Assembly (NCBI GenBank): GCA_031422615.1
Contig: JANPMB010000033.1
Location: 5,561-69,560, forward strand
Reading direction: 5' to 3'
Length of the DNA stretch: 64,000 bases
From: Amoebophilaceae bacterium
GTDB lineage: Bacteria; Bacteroidota; Bacteroidia; Cytophagales; Amoebophilaceae
Both the position numbers and the translations under genes were made by a program. The notes beneath the pieces were generated by a model. That model did no database searches. It saw only the letters and a list, made by a program, of their open reading frames with translations, and was not told the DNA's origin. Below are positions 1 to 10,309 of the stretch, piece after piece (the stretch's first letter is position 1; each line of letters begins with the position of its first letter).

Positions 1-894
1 AATACCCGAGCTAAAGACATTGCTTTTTACGATTTCTTTGGGATTCAACTTACATACAAGGACAATCAAGGCCGCAATAGCTAGCATCATGATCTCAATC
101 ACGACTGGCATTGCCATCGGTTGCATAGTTCCGTTGATTTCCCAGCTGGGCCGCATGCCTTTCCACATACCACACAGCATAATGGTGGTAATCCCTAGCA
201 TAAATAAAATCACAGAAAGCTTTGCTGTACTTGATACAGGCTCCGTTACAGCTTTCCCCTCCATCTTTTGCTGCGCATCCTGTACTTTTTTTAGGTATGC
301 TGGGTCTTCATACAACTCCTTCCCCCACTTATTCACCACCAAAGTAGCCAATACAACGCCCCCAAAAGTGGCGGGGATACATATTTTCAGGATATCTATC
401 AGATCTATCCCGTGGGGTGCTAAAAGCCCCACTGCAAGGGCAGTAGGTGCAGATATGGGGCTAGCCAACACGGCTTGCTGGGCAGCAATGACCGCCACCG
501 ACAAGGGTTTAGAAGGTCGCACCCCCACATCTTTGGCTACATCAGCAATAACAGGGAGGATGGCGTAGAGGGTATGGCCAGTGCCTCCCAGAAAGGTAAA
601 TAGATACACAATAAGCGGACTGATAAAAGTGATCCTATGTGGATATTGCCTAATGAATCTCTCCGCTAGTGTGGTCAAGTAGCGCAACCCACCCGCTGCT
701 TCTAAGGTGCTTGAAGCAGTAACAACAGCTGTAACAATCATCAGCACCTCCGTTGGAGGATCGGTAGGCCTTACATGAAAAACAAAAGCTAGGATGGCCA
801 ACCCCAACCCACCCATGATGCCCAGGCTAATACCCTGAAGCCTTGTGCCTAAGAAAATGGCGAGCAGTACTATGGCCATTTGTATCCAAATCAT
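1..894 (-). CDS. Anaerobic C4-dicarboxylate transporter, DcuA/DcuB family (N-terminal ~298 codons; 3' end runs off the window)
   Basis: The reverse-strand ORF starts at ATG 894-892 and is open to position 1. It is absent from the ORF track because it is unterminated. My translation MIWIQMAIVLLAIFLGTRLQGISLGIMGGLGLAILAF...LPVIADVAKDVGVRPSKPLSVAVIAAQQAVLASPISA matches the remembered E. coli DcuA N-terminal half. Track ORF 20..568(+) is its antisense shadow. Confidence 0.85.
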   Translation of the reverse strand, partial: MIWIQMAIVLLAIFLGTRLQGISLGIMGGLGLAILAFVFHVRPTDPPTEVLMIVTAVVTASSTLEAAGGLRYLTTLAERFIRQYPHRITFISPLIVYLFTFLGGTGHTLYAILPVIADVAKDVGVRPSKPLSVAVIAAQQAVLASPISAPTALAVGLLAPHGIDLIDILKICIPATFGGVVLATLVVNKWGKELYEDPAYLKKVQDAQQKMEGKAVTEPVSSTAKLSVILFMLGITTIMLCGMWKGMRPSWEINGTMQPMAMPVVIEIMMLAIAALIVLVCKLNPKEIVKSNVFSSGI

Positions 895-1595
895 GTTTTT
901 AAATTTTACGAGGAAAACCCGCTCCTAAAAGGACAGGGGTTCCTACACGCAGTAAGAAAAATAACGCACCAACCGTTTAGTGCACTTGAGATTCGCAAAT
1001 TTACTAGGATCTCAGATATAACCATCATGGCAACCCAACGACCTACGCAGCGGCATTAGGTACGCATAGGCAAGAAGTTGGTGTCATGAATACCCCTGGT
1101 CTACTTGTGCGTTGATGCCACGAGTTATGGAACGGAGTGATCATGCTTCAAGTTAATTAGGAAGTATCACATAAGGAGCAGCTGAGCAGCGTTATGGTAA
1201 GAGGCAAGGATACTTCAGGTGCCCATGGTGCTTTGGCTGCACGAGCTTTTATACTTCTTCACACATGCCTGGAGAAGTTCTCTCGGAAAACAGTGGGGGA
1301 AAGGACTTGATTCTTTGATCTATTTGCAGCAGAATCGAGTTCTCTACCTTACACACATTAGATACGCAAAGAAATTTATTATCCACCACATGAAGTATAA
1401 CAAGCTCTCCCATTCCATCCTATCTCCATGATTGAGTAGTGCTTTGCGACTGTAATAAGCACCCTATGGCGGCCATGAGCGAAGAAGAGAATTCATGGAA
1501 AAATTTGTTGGATTCAATCCGTATGCCGGCAACCGTTGACGTAGTATAAGGAGCTGCGGTGCATGGATTAAGCACGAGTAGGAGTTGGGAGGTAG

Positions 1596-2051
1596 GCGGA
1601 TCGTATTGAGCAGAAGGAAAAATATGCACAAGAGCACCAGAAATTGGTAAACAGGATTCGTACACTAGAAGAAGCACTGCCGTTACCGGGCAGTGTCAGT
1701 GTGTCACAAGCAGTACCTGTGGGGCCTGTGTACGTTCATTGGCGGCAGGATACATAGCACGAAAATCCAAGGCTGCAAAATGCTCTAGCAGCAGCACAAA
1801 AAGGAGCCAGCGCAGCAAGAGACCAAGAAATAGCACAAACAAGAAATGTACTAGCAGAAGTAGCAAGTGAAAATACAGAAAAAGATGAAGCCGTAGCAAG
1901 GGCGGATATAGCAGTAGTCAAAGTAACCGAAATGCAAAAATAGTTAGTAGCAGCACAGGGAAGAGCAGAGGCAGTAGAAGGAGCAGCAACCCAAGCACTA
2001 GAAGAAGCAAAGCAATAGAGGACCAGATTGCGCCTTTTTTTAAAAAAGTAA
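1596..2051 (+). pseudogene. Decayed coiled-coil protein gene: one reading frame interrupted by three in-frame TAG codons
   Basis: A single frame reads ADRIEQKEKYAQEHQKLVNRIRTLEEALPLP...DT*HENPRLQNALAAAQKGASAARDQEIAQTRNVLAEVASENTEKDEAVARADIAVVKVTEMQK*LVAAQGRAEAVEGAATQALEEAKQ*. The TAG codons are at 1755, 1941 and 2016, and there is no start codon. The long antisense track ORFs here are low-complexity shadows. Confidence 0.45.
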
Positions 2052-2233
2052 TGAAGAAGCAAATTCAGCATTTCGAACCGGAATTAGCGAACTCAATATT
2101 AAAAATGCAAGTGAAAGCATAAGAGCGCGATCCGGTAGTACCAGATAGTGAACCAGCCTCTCCATCCGCTGCCTCTGCCGCACCAGCCAGATAATAGAGC
2201 AAGGGAATAACAGTGGTAGATAAAGAAACCATC

Positions 2234-2644
2234 ATGATTAAAAAATCATATATAGATGCGGCGACTATGATATGCTTGCTGATATTTGTGCAGTGTGCCA
2301 ATCGAGCTAGAATGAGTGATGACATCGAAGCACTCGAAAAAAAAGTTTGAAGAGGCTTTCCCAGCCTCTAAAAGCGGCACAAGAGGGCTTCAAGGGGAGC
2401 TTCAAAATAAATTTGAAACCCTGAACAACCAGCTCGCACAGAAGCGAAAGATGGAACGGAAAAGTTTCAAGGTGAAATTATAGAAATAAAAACGTTGGCT
2501 CATACTCTGCAATGTCACCCAGAAACTCATAGAAACTCTTACAGAGTCCACGAAGCTTCTATCATTAGGCTCGAATCAGGAGAAGCAACTATTAAGGCTA
2601 TAGGGAGAAATATTTCGGATATAAAGGGTACAAAAACGGAGTGA
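2234..2644 (+). pseudogene. Frameshifted small lipoprotein gene
   Basis: MIKKSYIDAATMICLLIFVQCANRARMSDDIEALEKKV* has a signal peptide and a lipobox-like FVQC. It stops just after an A8 run (2337-2344). The -1 frame continues as FEEAFPASKSGTRGLQGELQNKFETLNNQLAQKRKMERKSFKVKL*, and a third frame carries EKFQGEIIEIKTLAHTLQ...IKGTKTE*. Confidence 0.4.
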
Positions 2645-2766
2645 GACGGATATACGCAGAAGAAGAAAAACATCAGTAAACTAAATACCGCAAACTACCC
2701 TTGCTTAGGCCCTGTACTACGAAGGCACCATCTTCCGGGTACTTTTTGGTATAAAATGGGCCATAC

Positions 2767-5700
2767 TTAATGTGCTGGGTCGTTTTGAGTTGCTTCTTTT
2801 TTCGCAACTCGCTTGCGGCTTCTCAATAACTCCCGCCATTGGTTAAATCCTTTGGTGTACGACAAACTAACCCCTCCAGTGAATGTTGCTGCACTCTCTG
2901 TATCCACGTACGAAGTGTTGGTAACATGCTTGTTGTATAGTTTGGCGCTCAGTCTTCCGTCTTTGGTAAGTACATACTCCACCGTCCAGTCACCTACCCA
3001 TTGGGCTGTACCCCATGCACGCGCTGTATTGCCAAAAATGCTTCCTTTTCTGGACACTCGAAGTCTTCCATTCGCAAGACGATAAGAAAGATTGAGATGT
3101 ATATTATCAAGGTCCTTATTCCCTAATGCTGCCAGATCGACCTCTACATCAACTTCCAGGTTATCATCCAAGTTAGAAGTAAGGTTACTTAATTGCTGAG
3201 AGGCAAGTGCGCTAAAATGTCTACCAACAGTATTATTGCCTGTATCTATGATCTTGCTATCAGAAAATTCTCTAAAAAGTAGTAAGCCCAATGCCTGAGT
3301 TTCTGCATACTTCTTATCTTCTTTTGCCTTTCTCTTAAACTCGTTAACGGCTGTGGCTAACTCACTAGGACATTCTGGAAAGTTGATTGCAAAACTTTTT
3401 TTAGGCGACAAGAGTGCTCCTTGAAGTCCTATCACTACTTGTACTGGATACTTTTTTTGGGCCCTTACTGCTGCGCCCGCGCCCCCCAAAAGTGGGGCTA
3501 GTGCGACTCGCTGCTCGTACGCTGCTTTTATATTGAGTATGCCTTGAGCAGGGTTGTCATACCAAGTAATCTTACTCTCTGGCAGAATCTTAAAAATTCT
3601 ATTGATGATATGGTAGAGAGAAAGGTTGTACTCCCCTGCTAGAAACTCAAACCCACCTGCCATAGTCAACACCCCCTCAGTATCGACTTCTAATTTTATG
3701 TTGCCTTTGCCTTGCCCCTTGATAGCATCGCCAGCTTTTTCATCCAAAATGAGGACTGTGTGGGCATCAGGCGTGATCTCTAGTAGTAGTACAAGCTTGA
3801 AGCCCTGCAAAACAACTTGCTTGGTCTGAGCTGCTTTTTCTTGGTATCGGGCTTTAAAATTTACAAACCGGATGAAGTCGTATTGCGCCACTGTATGACT
3901 GGCCCCACACACCGGAATAAAGATATTGGTGCCTGGATCTGTTTTTGCTTTCAAGCATACCACCATGTTGTTGACAGGACCAGATACAGTCAATCCACCA
4001 CTCAAGATACCAGTCCCATAAAAGTATTCATGGTCTTTTTCAGCGGTGTTGAGTAGCCTAAAATTTTTCATACTGCCTGTTGCGTCAATTTTAAAATCCT
4101 CAAAGCCTTTGTGAGCGATGCTGCCCTGTAAAATAGCTTTTCCTTGTTGATCATCAGATAAGTGGAGGGTGGTGATATGGATCACCTGATCGGCAAACGT
4201 CAATGCCCCACTCACTTGATAAAGCGTATTGCAATAAGTAACCCTTACAGCTGCATCTGTAATAGTTGCCCCACCGGTTATCTGAGGACTACTTGGGCTG
4301 CCATTGATGTAGATAGTCCCATGGAGATCGCCAGCTAATTGCGATAAATGATTGGCTACAAAGGGCGCCAAGGCAGCAAGCGGGGCATGAGAAAAGTGAG
4401 TAGTGAGTTGCAGGCTGTTTGCTTCTTTTAGTGGCTCATAGCAACCCTGGATAACCACGGTTTGTTTTTTTAAGTACGCTAGCTGGCAAGTCATGTTGAG
4501 TCGCCGCAAAATATTATTCCAGCTAGTTTTTACATGTATGTCGCCCACCAAAAAATGATCGATGGTAAGCTTTTCAAGGGTGATATCACTATTTATGTAC
4601 GGCTGGTCCAGCGTGCCTTGCAGGATGGCTGCTGCATTGAGCACTCCTGTAACTGGCTTACTGACCAACAAGTTAAAGTTTTCTAATAAGCAATCTTTGA
4701 CTTTTAGGTGCAGCACCTCGGCAGGATCAGCAGACAACGTGCCCTCAAGACTAACTTGTTGTTGCCCCTTACGGAATGTAAAGTTTTGGAACCGTGCCCA
4801 CGATTTTCCAAGCGTCATGCGATTCTCTGGATGTACCTGCCACTGACTGTCAGGCAATACCCCCTGAGCGGGTGTTAATACAACCTCTATGGTACTATCC
4901 AGCAAAACTGCCTGGCCCGCCAGACTTGCCTGCTGAAGACTCTCATGCAGAACAAGACTACTGCGAAAATCGATCTGATGATCTTTCCAAAAAATGGCCA
5001 CCGAAAGATCTTCTGTGGCATTGAGTGTGCCCCATTGCTGCCCCTTAGAAGCTAGTTGCACCACAGCCGATACTGACTGGCCATCTTTAGATTGACTGGT
5101 GGATAGCTCCAGCTGCGTACCTTCCCATCTATTTTTCTTAAAAGAAAAGGTTGCTGCTTCAGCAAGGCGTAAAGAAAAATTTACTCTTTCTTGCTGCGAA
5201 AAACTACCTTCAAGCAGGGTATTGGGCGATACATGTGCCTCAATACCCAAAACACGGAGCAGCGGGTTAATGTCTTTACAGTGAAGCTGGTAGGCAAGTG
5301 TATAAGGCTGAAGTGTGTGCCTCTGGGGAGGCAGTCCCACATGCATCAAACGGTGTTGATAACCTTGTATAAACCTTTTGAAATCACTAACCAGACTAGT
5401 ATAAGAAAAATCACCTTCGGCCTTGAGCGCGAGGAGTGCTGAGTCTACCTCCAAAAAATGGCCAAAGTCTCCTTGGTCTGCACGAATATGTAAAGTATCT
5501 AACCGTATTTCCTTGTCTTCAAGGCCAAAACAAAACTGGTGTAGCTTAGCATCTGCCTTGATACTATCCAACGATAGGCCCTCTATAACAACCGACAATT
5601 GGGTACACAAGGTGACACGGCGGTCCGTAAGTTGCAGCCCTTGTAGACAAGCCCTGTCTAAAATACCTTCTACAGCAATATTTTCTGTACCTCTGTTAAA

Positions 5701-7287
5701 GTTAATGGCCGCATCAGCCCGGAGCTGCAGGTGGGGGTCATCGACGGTAAACATTCCTTGAAAAATCGCTCGGGAAAAATGCCCGTGGGCATAAATATTT
5801 TCGTACGCATAGTTGTTAAAACCAAGCTTATGAATGTTGGCCTCTAATTGGAAGTGTGCTGTGGCCCAACTCAAGCCCTCTCCATCTATGTGACCTTGCA
5901 TGGTGAGTTGCTGTATAGTAGCATTGTTGAGCCATGCGCCTAACTCAAAAGAACTGGTAGTAATGGCGCCCTTGTACGTTGTACGTTGAGCAGCAAGGTT
6001 AATCTGAACCTTCAGATCAGTAGTCACCTTGCCTAATTCAGTGTCAAAAGCAGCCTTGATGATAAAATCATTTAACCTACCGCAGAAATGACCTTGCGGT
6101 TTTACAAGATTAAATTTTTCTATCCGTTTGTAGTGCTTTGCGTCTAGATAAGGAAGCAAGTCTTTGGTATGCAGGACTCCCTGTTGCAGTTCTATATCAA
6201 ATGTTGCCTCTTGCAAGTTAGGCAACCCTTGCAGGCTTAGACAGCCCTCGAAGCGACTACCTTGTTCGCCAAAATCAAACTGTAAGTCTTTGACGCGAAA
6301 ATCATTGACCTTTCCCTCCAAAGCACCACTAAGGCTATAGGAGGCCTTATGCTTCTTAAAATAAGGCAAAAAGACAGCCAATTCTTCGGCAGCAATGACG
6401 GCACTGCTTAGGTGTGCTGTCACGTGTACATTGTCTTTGAACGCTGCTGGAGGCAATGAGAGGTCATAGGTGAGGGTACAACTTCCCTCAAGGGTACTAC
6501 GCCCGGTCCGAAGCTGCAGCGCTTTGAATTCTACGCCATCTGGGGCAACCAAGAGAGAGGTTCTGAAATGGTCTACCAATAATGGCCTATCAGCATGTTG
6601 ACCCGTAAAATGACAAATGTCTACTGCCAACGTACCGGCTTGGGCTTTGAGGTTGGCTAGCTCAGCATCCATTTTGTGTAGGGTGAGGTGTTGAATATCA
6701 AAACCATCTTGCAACGGCAAAGCTTGTCGATCATCCACTGAAAGTGTTATATCGTGTAGATAAGCCTTTTCAATCATCAACGAGGCCGCATGATCGTGAT
6801 GAGTACTAGAGGCCAGCTTGGTGGCCCCCACTAGCCGCTGTAGCAAAACATGCATGTTATAGCCTGCTGCATCTTCTTTGCATAGATGCACTTGGGCCCC
6901 TCGCACACACACTGTTTTCAGGGTCATATGCATGTTAGTGAGTAGCTGAAGCGGATTGACCTTGAGTGCCAGTTGGTCCATAGCCAGCATGATATTGTCT
7001 TGGGGGTCTTTGATGGTCAATCCAGTAAGCGAGACACGGTACAGCCACTTGAGCTGAAAGTGCTGGTGTGTGATGGCAAACTGAGTGGTATGGCTTAGGT
7101 GCTGCAGGAGTATTCTAAACAAGCGATTTTGGACACAGGAAAACTGTAGCACGACAAAAGTGCTTATGAGCAGACCAAGTGTGGCTACCGAAAGCCATTT
7201 CAGGAGCTTGCCTATGCTTTTTTTGATTAGTTTCGTTCTTTTTTTAAGCGTATTCAATGCGAAAGAGCAATCCAGTAATATTGGCAA
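2767..7287 (-). CDS. tamB: Translocation/assembly module protein TamB (AsmA-like, DUF490 C-terminus)
   Basis: The 1506-aa ORF has an N-terminal TM segment (LSVATLGLLISTFVVLQF), a long beta-rich body and a TamB-type C-terminal tail. It is divergent from tsaD, as I recall for many Bacteroidota. The track start is a TTG; a second TTG lies at 7257, so the true start is uncertain. Confidence 0.8.
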   Translation of the reverse strand: MPILLDCSFALNTLKKRTKLIKKSIGKLLKWLSVATLGLLISTFVVLQFSCVQNRLFRILLQHLSHTTQFAITHQHFQLKWLYRVSLTGLTIKDPQDNIMLAMDQLALKVNPLQLLTNMHMTLKTVCVRGAQVHLCKEDAAGYNMHVLLQRLVGATKLASSTHHDHAASLMIEKAYLHDITLSVDDRQALPLQDGFDIQHLTLHKMDAELANLKAQAGTLAVDICHFTGQHADRPLLVDHFRTSLLVAPDGVEFKALQLRTGRSTLEGSCTLTYDLSLPPAAFKDNVHVTAHLSSAVIAAEELAVFLPYFKKHKASYSLSGALEGKVNDFRVKDLQFDFGEQGSRFEGCLSLQGLPNLQEATFDIELQQGVLHTKDLLPYLDAKHYKRIEKFNLVKPQGHFCGRLNDFIIKAAFDTELGKVTTDLKVQINLAAQRTTYKGAITTSSFELGAWLNNATIQQLTMQGHIDGEGLSWATAHFQLEANIHKLGFNNYAYENIYAHGHFSRAIFQGMFTVDDPHLQLRADAAINFNRGTENIAVEGILDRACLQGLQLTDRRVTLCTQLSVVIEGLSLDSIKADAKLHQFCFGLEDKEIRLDTLHIRADQGDFGHFLEVDSALLALKAEGDFSYTSLVSDFKRFIQGYQHRLMHVGLPPQRHTLQPYTLAYQLHCKDINPLLRVLGIEAHVSPNTLLEGSFSQQERVNFSLRLAEAATFSFKKNRWEGTQLELSTSQSKDGQSVSAVVQLASKGQQWGTLNATEDLSVAIFWKDHQIDFRSSLVLHESLQQASLAGQAVLLDSTIEVVLTPAQGVLPDSQWQVHPENRMTLGKSWARFQNFTFRKGQQQVSLEGTLSADPAEVLHLKVKDCLLENFNLLVSKPVTGVLNAAAILQGTLDQPYINSDITLEKLTIDHFLVGDIHVKTSWNNILRRLNMTCQLAYLKKQTVVIQGCYEPLKEANSLQLTTHFSHAPLAALAPFVANHLSQLAGDLHGTIYINGSPSSPQITGGATITDAAVRVTYCNTLYQVSGALTFADQVIHITTLHLSDDQQGKAILQGSIAHKGFEDFKIDATGSMKNFRLLNTAEKDHEYFYGTGILSGGLTVSGPVNNMVVCLKAKTDPGTNIFIPVCGASHTVAQYDFIRFVNFKARYQEKAAQTKQVVLQGFKLVLLLEITPDAHTVLILDEKAGDAIKGQGKGNIKLEVDTEGVLTMAGGFEFLAGEYNLSLYHIINRIFKILPESKITWYDNPAQGILNIKAAYEQRVALAPLLGGAGAAVRAQKKYPVQVVIGLQGALLSPKKSFAINFPECPSELATAVNEFKRKAKEDKKYAETQALGLLLFREFSDSKIIDTGNNTVGRHFSALASQQLSNLTSNLDDNLEVDVEVDLAALGNKDLDNIHLNLSYRLANGRLRVSRKGSIFGNTARAWGTAQWVGDWTVEYVLTKDGRLSAKLYNKHVTNTSYVDTESAATFTGGVSLSYTKGFNQWRELLRSRKRVAKKEATQNDPAH

Positions 7288-8270
7288 TTGAGACCTCGTG
7301 CGATGAGACAGCAGCAGCGGTCATTTCTAATGGCAAGATAGCAAGCAACGTAGTAGCCACCCAAGCGGTGCACGCACAATATGGGGGCATTGTTCCCGAA
7401 TTAGCTTCGCGCGCACACCAGCAACACCTCGTTCCTGTAGTCAGGCAAGCTATGCAGCAAGCCAACATTGCTCAAGCTGAATTGGACGCAGTAGCCTTTA
7501 CACAAGGGCCAGGGCTCCTAGGAGCATTGCTTGTGGGCACCGCTTTTGCCAAGTCTGTTGCTTTTGCACTGGATATTCCGCTTATCGCCACACACCATAT
7601 GCGGGCCCATATCTTGGCCAATTTTATTGAGGAGCCTTATCCCACGTTTCCATTGCTGGGTCTAACAGCGAGCGGTGGACATACCCAGCTAGTCCTTGTC
7701 AAAGATCATTTACGCATGGAGGTCATTGGAACAACGCAAGATGACGCCATAGGAGAGGCTTTCGACAAGATAGGTAAACTGATGGACCTCCCCTACCCTG
7801 CAGGACCACTCATTGACCAGTATGCACAAAAGGGTGATCCACAATGCTTTCAATTTCCATCCACCAACGTACCACACCTCCATTTTTCTTTCAGTGGTAT
7901 CAAAACAGCTTTTTTCTATTTTCTCAGGGAGCAACAAAAAAAAGACGCCCAGTTTGTGGCCAAGCACCGAGATGACCTTTGTGCGAGTATTCAGGCGACT
8001 TTGATCAGCATGCTCCTCCAAAAACTCAAGGACGCTGTTGCCCAAACCGGCATTAAAATTATCGCAGTAGCAGGTGGTGTGGCCGCTAATTCCGGCCTGA
8101 GAAGTCAGTTGAAGCAGCTGGCTGAACAAGAGGGCTGGGAGGTATTTATGCCGCGACCCGCCTACTGTACAGATAATGCAGCCATGATTGCTATCACAGC
8201 CTACTACCAGTACTTGGTAGGTGATTTTTGCAACTTGCGAGTCACTGCCAGACCTAGGATGTCTTTGTGA
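7257..8270 (+). CDS. tsaD: tRNA N6-adenosine threonylcarbamoyltransferase TsaD
   Basis: It carries ILAIETSCDETAAAV and the HxxxH motif HHMRAH. The length is 337 aa. Confidence 0.95.
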   Translation: MRKSNPVILAIETSCDETAAAVISNGKIASNVVATQAVHAQYGGIVPELASRAHQQHLVPVVRQAMQQANIAQAELDAVAFTQGPGLLGALLVGTAFAKSVAFALDIPLIATHHMRAHILANFIEEPYPTFPLLGLTASGGHTQLVLVKDHLRMEVIGTTQDDAIGEAFDKIGKLMDLPYPAGPLIDQYAQKGDPQCFQFPSTNVPHLHFSFSGIKTAFFYFLREQQKKDAQFVAKHRDDLCASIQATLISMLLQKLKDAVAQTGIKIIAVAGGVAANSGLRSQLKQLAEQEGWEVFMPRPAYCTDNAAMIAITAYYQYLVGDFCNLRVTARPRMSL

Positions 8271-8450
8271 ACAGTAAATTTCCAATCGATGACAAACTGA
8301 CGCGTGTCAGGGCCTGCTGCTAGAGACGTAACGATGCCATATAAGGCACAGGTAGTCGTTTTTTCGTGAAAAAAGATGAGTTGATACACTTTTACGCCTG
8401 GCAATAGTTACAACGAACAAATCACCTAACGACTGGAGTCACTGCATACC

Positions 8451-8918
8451 ATGTCCTCAAAGCACAAGAAAGTAGCCAAGAACATCGTTATCAAAAACAA
8501 GCGGGCGAATTTTGAATATACGTTTCTGGATAAATATATAGCAGGGATAGTCTTGACCGGCACAGAAATGAAGTCTGTTAGAGCCGGAAAGGTAAGCCTA
8601 CAAGAGTCTTATTGCTACTTCTCTAAGGGAGGAGAGCTTTGGGTCAAAGGCATGCACATTGCAGCGTATGCACAAGGAAACATTTATAACCATGTTGAAA
8701 CCAGGGAACGAAAACTCCTTTTAAACAGAAAAGAGCTCAATAAGCTCATGCGCAACAAAGAAAAAGGACTGACCATTATTCTTGTCCAGCTTTTCATCAA
8801 TGAACGGGGGCTGACTAAGCTGCAAATTGCTTTGGCCAAAGGAAAAAAATTGTATGACAAACGCCAGGCCATCAAAGAAAAAGATTTGGAAAGGGCCACG
8901 CGGCGTGATCAGGTATAG
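8451..8918 (+). CDS. smpB: SsrA-binding protein SmpB
   Basis: A 155-aa ORF carrying NKRANFEY...[13 protein letters not shown]...SLQESYC. Confidence 0.95.
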   Translation: MSSKHKKVAKNIVIKNKRANFEYTFLDKYIAGIVLTGTEMKSVRAGKVSLQESYCYFSKGGELWVKGMHIAAYAQGNIYNHVETRERKLLLNRKELNKLMRNKEKGLTIILVQLFINERGLTKLQIALAKGKKLYDKRQAIKEKDLERATRRDQV

Positions 8919-8973
8919 CATCAATTTTTAGACAATACTTACACATCATTTTAACATTTTACTATCAAACAAT

Positions 8974-9471
8974 ATGTGGGCCATTGGCATCAAAAGTGGG
9001 CTTATGACTATACTGGGGCTTATAGCGTATGGACAGATCGTCCAGCTTATGGGACTGCAGTACTCATTATGGGGCAACTTAGGCTCCATGGTGCTAGCAC
9101 TAGGGATTTATTCCGGGCATTACTATTATAAGGCAGCCAACAACGGATTGATGACTTACAGGCAAGGCCTCGAGCTGGGGCTTATTGTCGTTTCATTTGC
9201 AGGCTTGGTAAACGCACTGCCCGTGTATCTGTATGCCAAATTCATGGATGCTTCCTTTATCGCACAGTTGGCCGAAGGTATACAAAAGGCTTTGCAACAA
9301 AAGCGCATAGATGAGGCCATCATTGAAAAAATAGTACGATCTATACAGCACATGACTCCAGAATTTTTATTGATCGGGATCTTTGTAAGTACTGTGTTGC
9401 TGGGCTTCGCTTGTACACTGGTTATTGCTGCATTCTCCAAACATTCCAAAAAGACCACGCAACAACCGTAA
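8974..9471 (+). CDS. Small multi-pass membrane protein (DUF4199-like)
   Basis: A 165-aa ORF with about 4 hydrophobic segments. Its size and architecture fit the Bacteroidota DUF4199 family. The assignment is from memory only. Confidence 0.55.
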   Translation: MWAIGIKSGLMTILGLIAYGQIVQLMGLQYSLWGNLGSMVLALGIYSGHYYYKAANNGLMTYRQGLELGLIVVSFAGLVNALPVYLYAKFMDASFIAQLAEGIQKALQQKRIDEAIIEKIVRSIQHMTPEFLLIGIFVSTVLLGFACTLVIAAFSKHSKKTTQQP

Positions 9472-9500
9472 CACGGCTGTGTAGCCGTGTTACTATTTTG
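9469..9500 (+). terminator. Rho-independent terminator candidate
   Basis: The hairpin is TAACACGGCT-GTGT-AGCCGTGTTA, overlapping the stop codon, followed by CTATTTTG. Confidence 0.5.
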
Positions 9501-9686
9501 ACCTTTGTGCCTTGTTGTAGCTTCACCAGTCTATTTGCGTTACTTTGCGTGTGGACCTGGTATTGAAACACGGTTTATACGTTGCCTGTAGACCGGCTTC
9601 TCCTACGGTTATGAGCACTAAAAGAGTTGTAGATAGGTTGCAACCCTTTTTGATTTGCAGTAAATTTCACACCCAACGCTACTGCC

Positions 9687-10289
9687 ATGCAACTCAACAA
9701 GAAACTACTAAGTAGCCTACTTGGATACTTCATGCGGGGATTATTGCTGGTGGTACCCTTCGCGCTGACAATTTATATTATTTCACTTGCCCTGAACTTT
9801 ATTGATGGATTGATAGGAATAAAAATTCCTGGCTTAGGGATAACAATTTTGCTGACTTCTATTACTTTCTTTGGTTATTTAGGCTCCACACTGCTGGTCA
9901 GGTCTGTATTTGATCTTACAGAAAACTTGATTACGAAGCTGCCCTTCATCAATACTATCTATTCCTCACTCAAAGAATTGACCTCTGCTTTTGTAGGCAA
10001 TAAAAAGAAGTTTGATAAGCCTGTACTAGTCATCATAAATAGAGAAGCTCGGTTACACAAGCTGGGCTTTGTGACACAACAAGACCTAAAGACTATGAAT
10101 TTACCAGGAAGTATCGCAGTATATGTTCCTCATTCTTATAATTTCTCAGGCGATTTGTTTATTCTCCCCAAGGAAGCGGTCACCGCCGTAGACATCTCCA
10201 GTACGGAGGTTATGAAGTTTATTGTGTCGGGCGGAGTGGCAGGCTTACAAAGCCTAGAAGAAAAAGAGGTGAATAAGGCTGCTCCGTGA
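9687..10289 (+). CDS. DUF502-family membrane protein
   Basis: A 200-aa ORF with two N-terminal TM segments and a PFINTIYSSLKEL-type motif. Confidence 0.7.
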   Translation: MQLNKKLLSSLLGYFMRGLLLVVPFALTIYIISLALNFIDGLIGIKIPGLGITILLTSITFFGYLGSTLLVRSVFDLTENLITKLPFINTIYSSLKELTSAFVGNKKKFDKPVLVIINREARLHKLGFVTQQDLKTMNLPGSIAVYVPHSYNFSGDLFILPKEAVTAVDISSTEVMKFIVSGGVAGLQSLEEKEVNKAAP

Positions 10290-10309
10290 GGATAGGCAGC
10301 GGATACGCC

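Noticed and set aside
20-568. 182-aa plus-strand ORF at the window start
   Set aside because: It lies antisense to a much better Dcu-family reading frame that is open across 1-894. The composition looks like a shadow ORF.
1755-2018. In-frame TAGs as evidence for stop-codon reassignment or pyrrolysine
   Set aside because: TAG terminates confident genes here (smpB, murG, prmC) at the expected protein ends, so the standard code applies and nonsense decay is simpler.
7244-7468. Short ORFs overlapping the tamB/tsaD divergent starts and numerous 60-170-aa antisense ORFs inside tamB, secDF, lon, hslU, miaB and other genes
   Set aside because: All are embedded antisense or out of frame within strongly supported genes. 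They have no independent signals.
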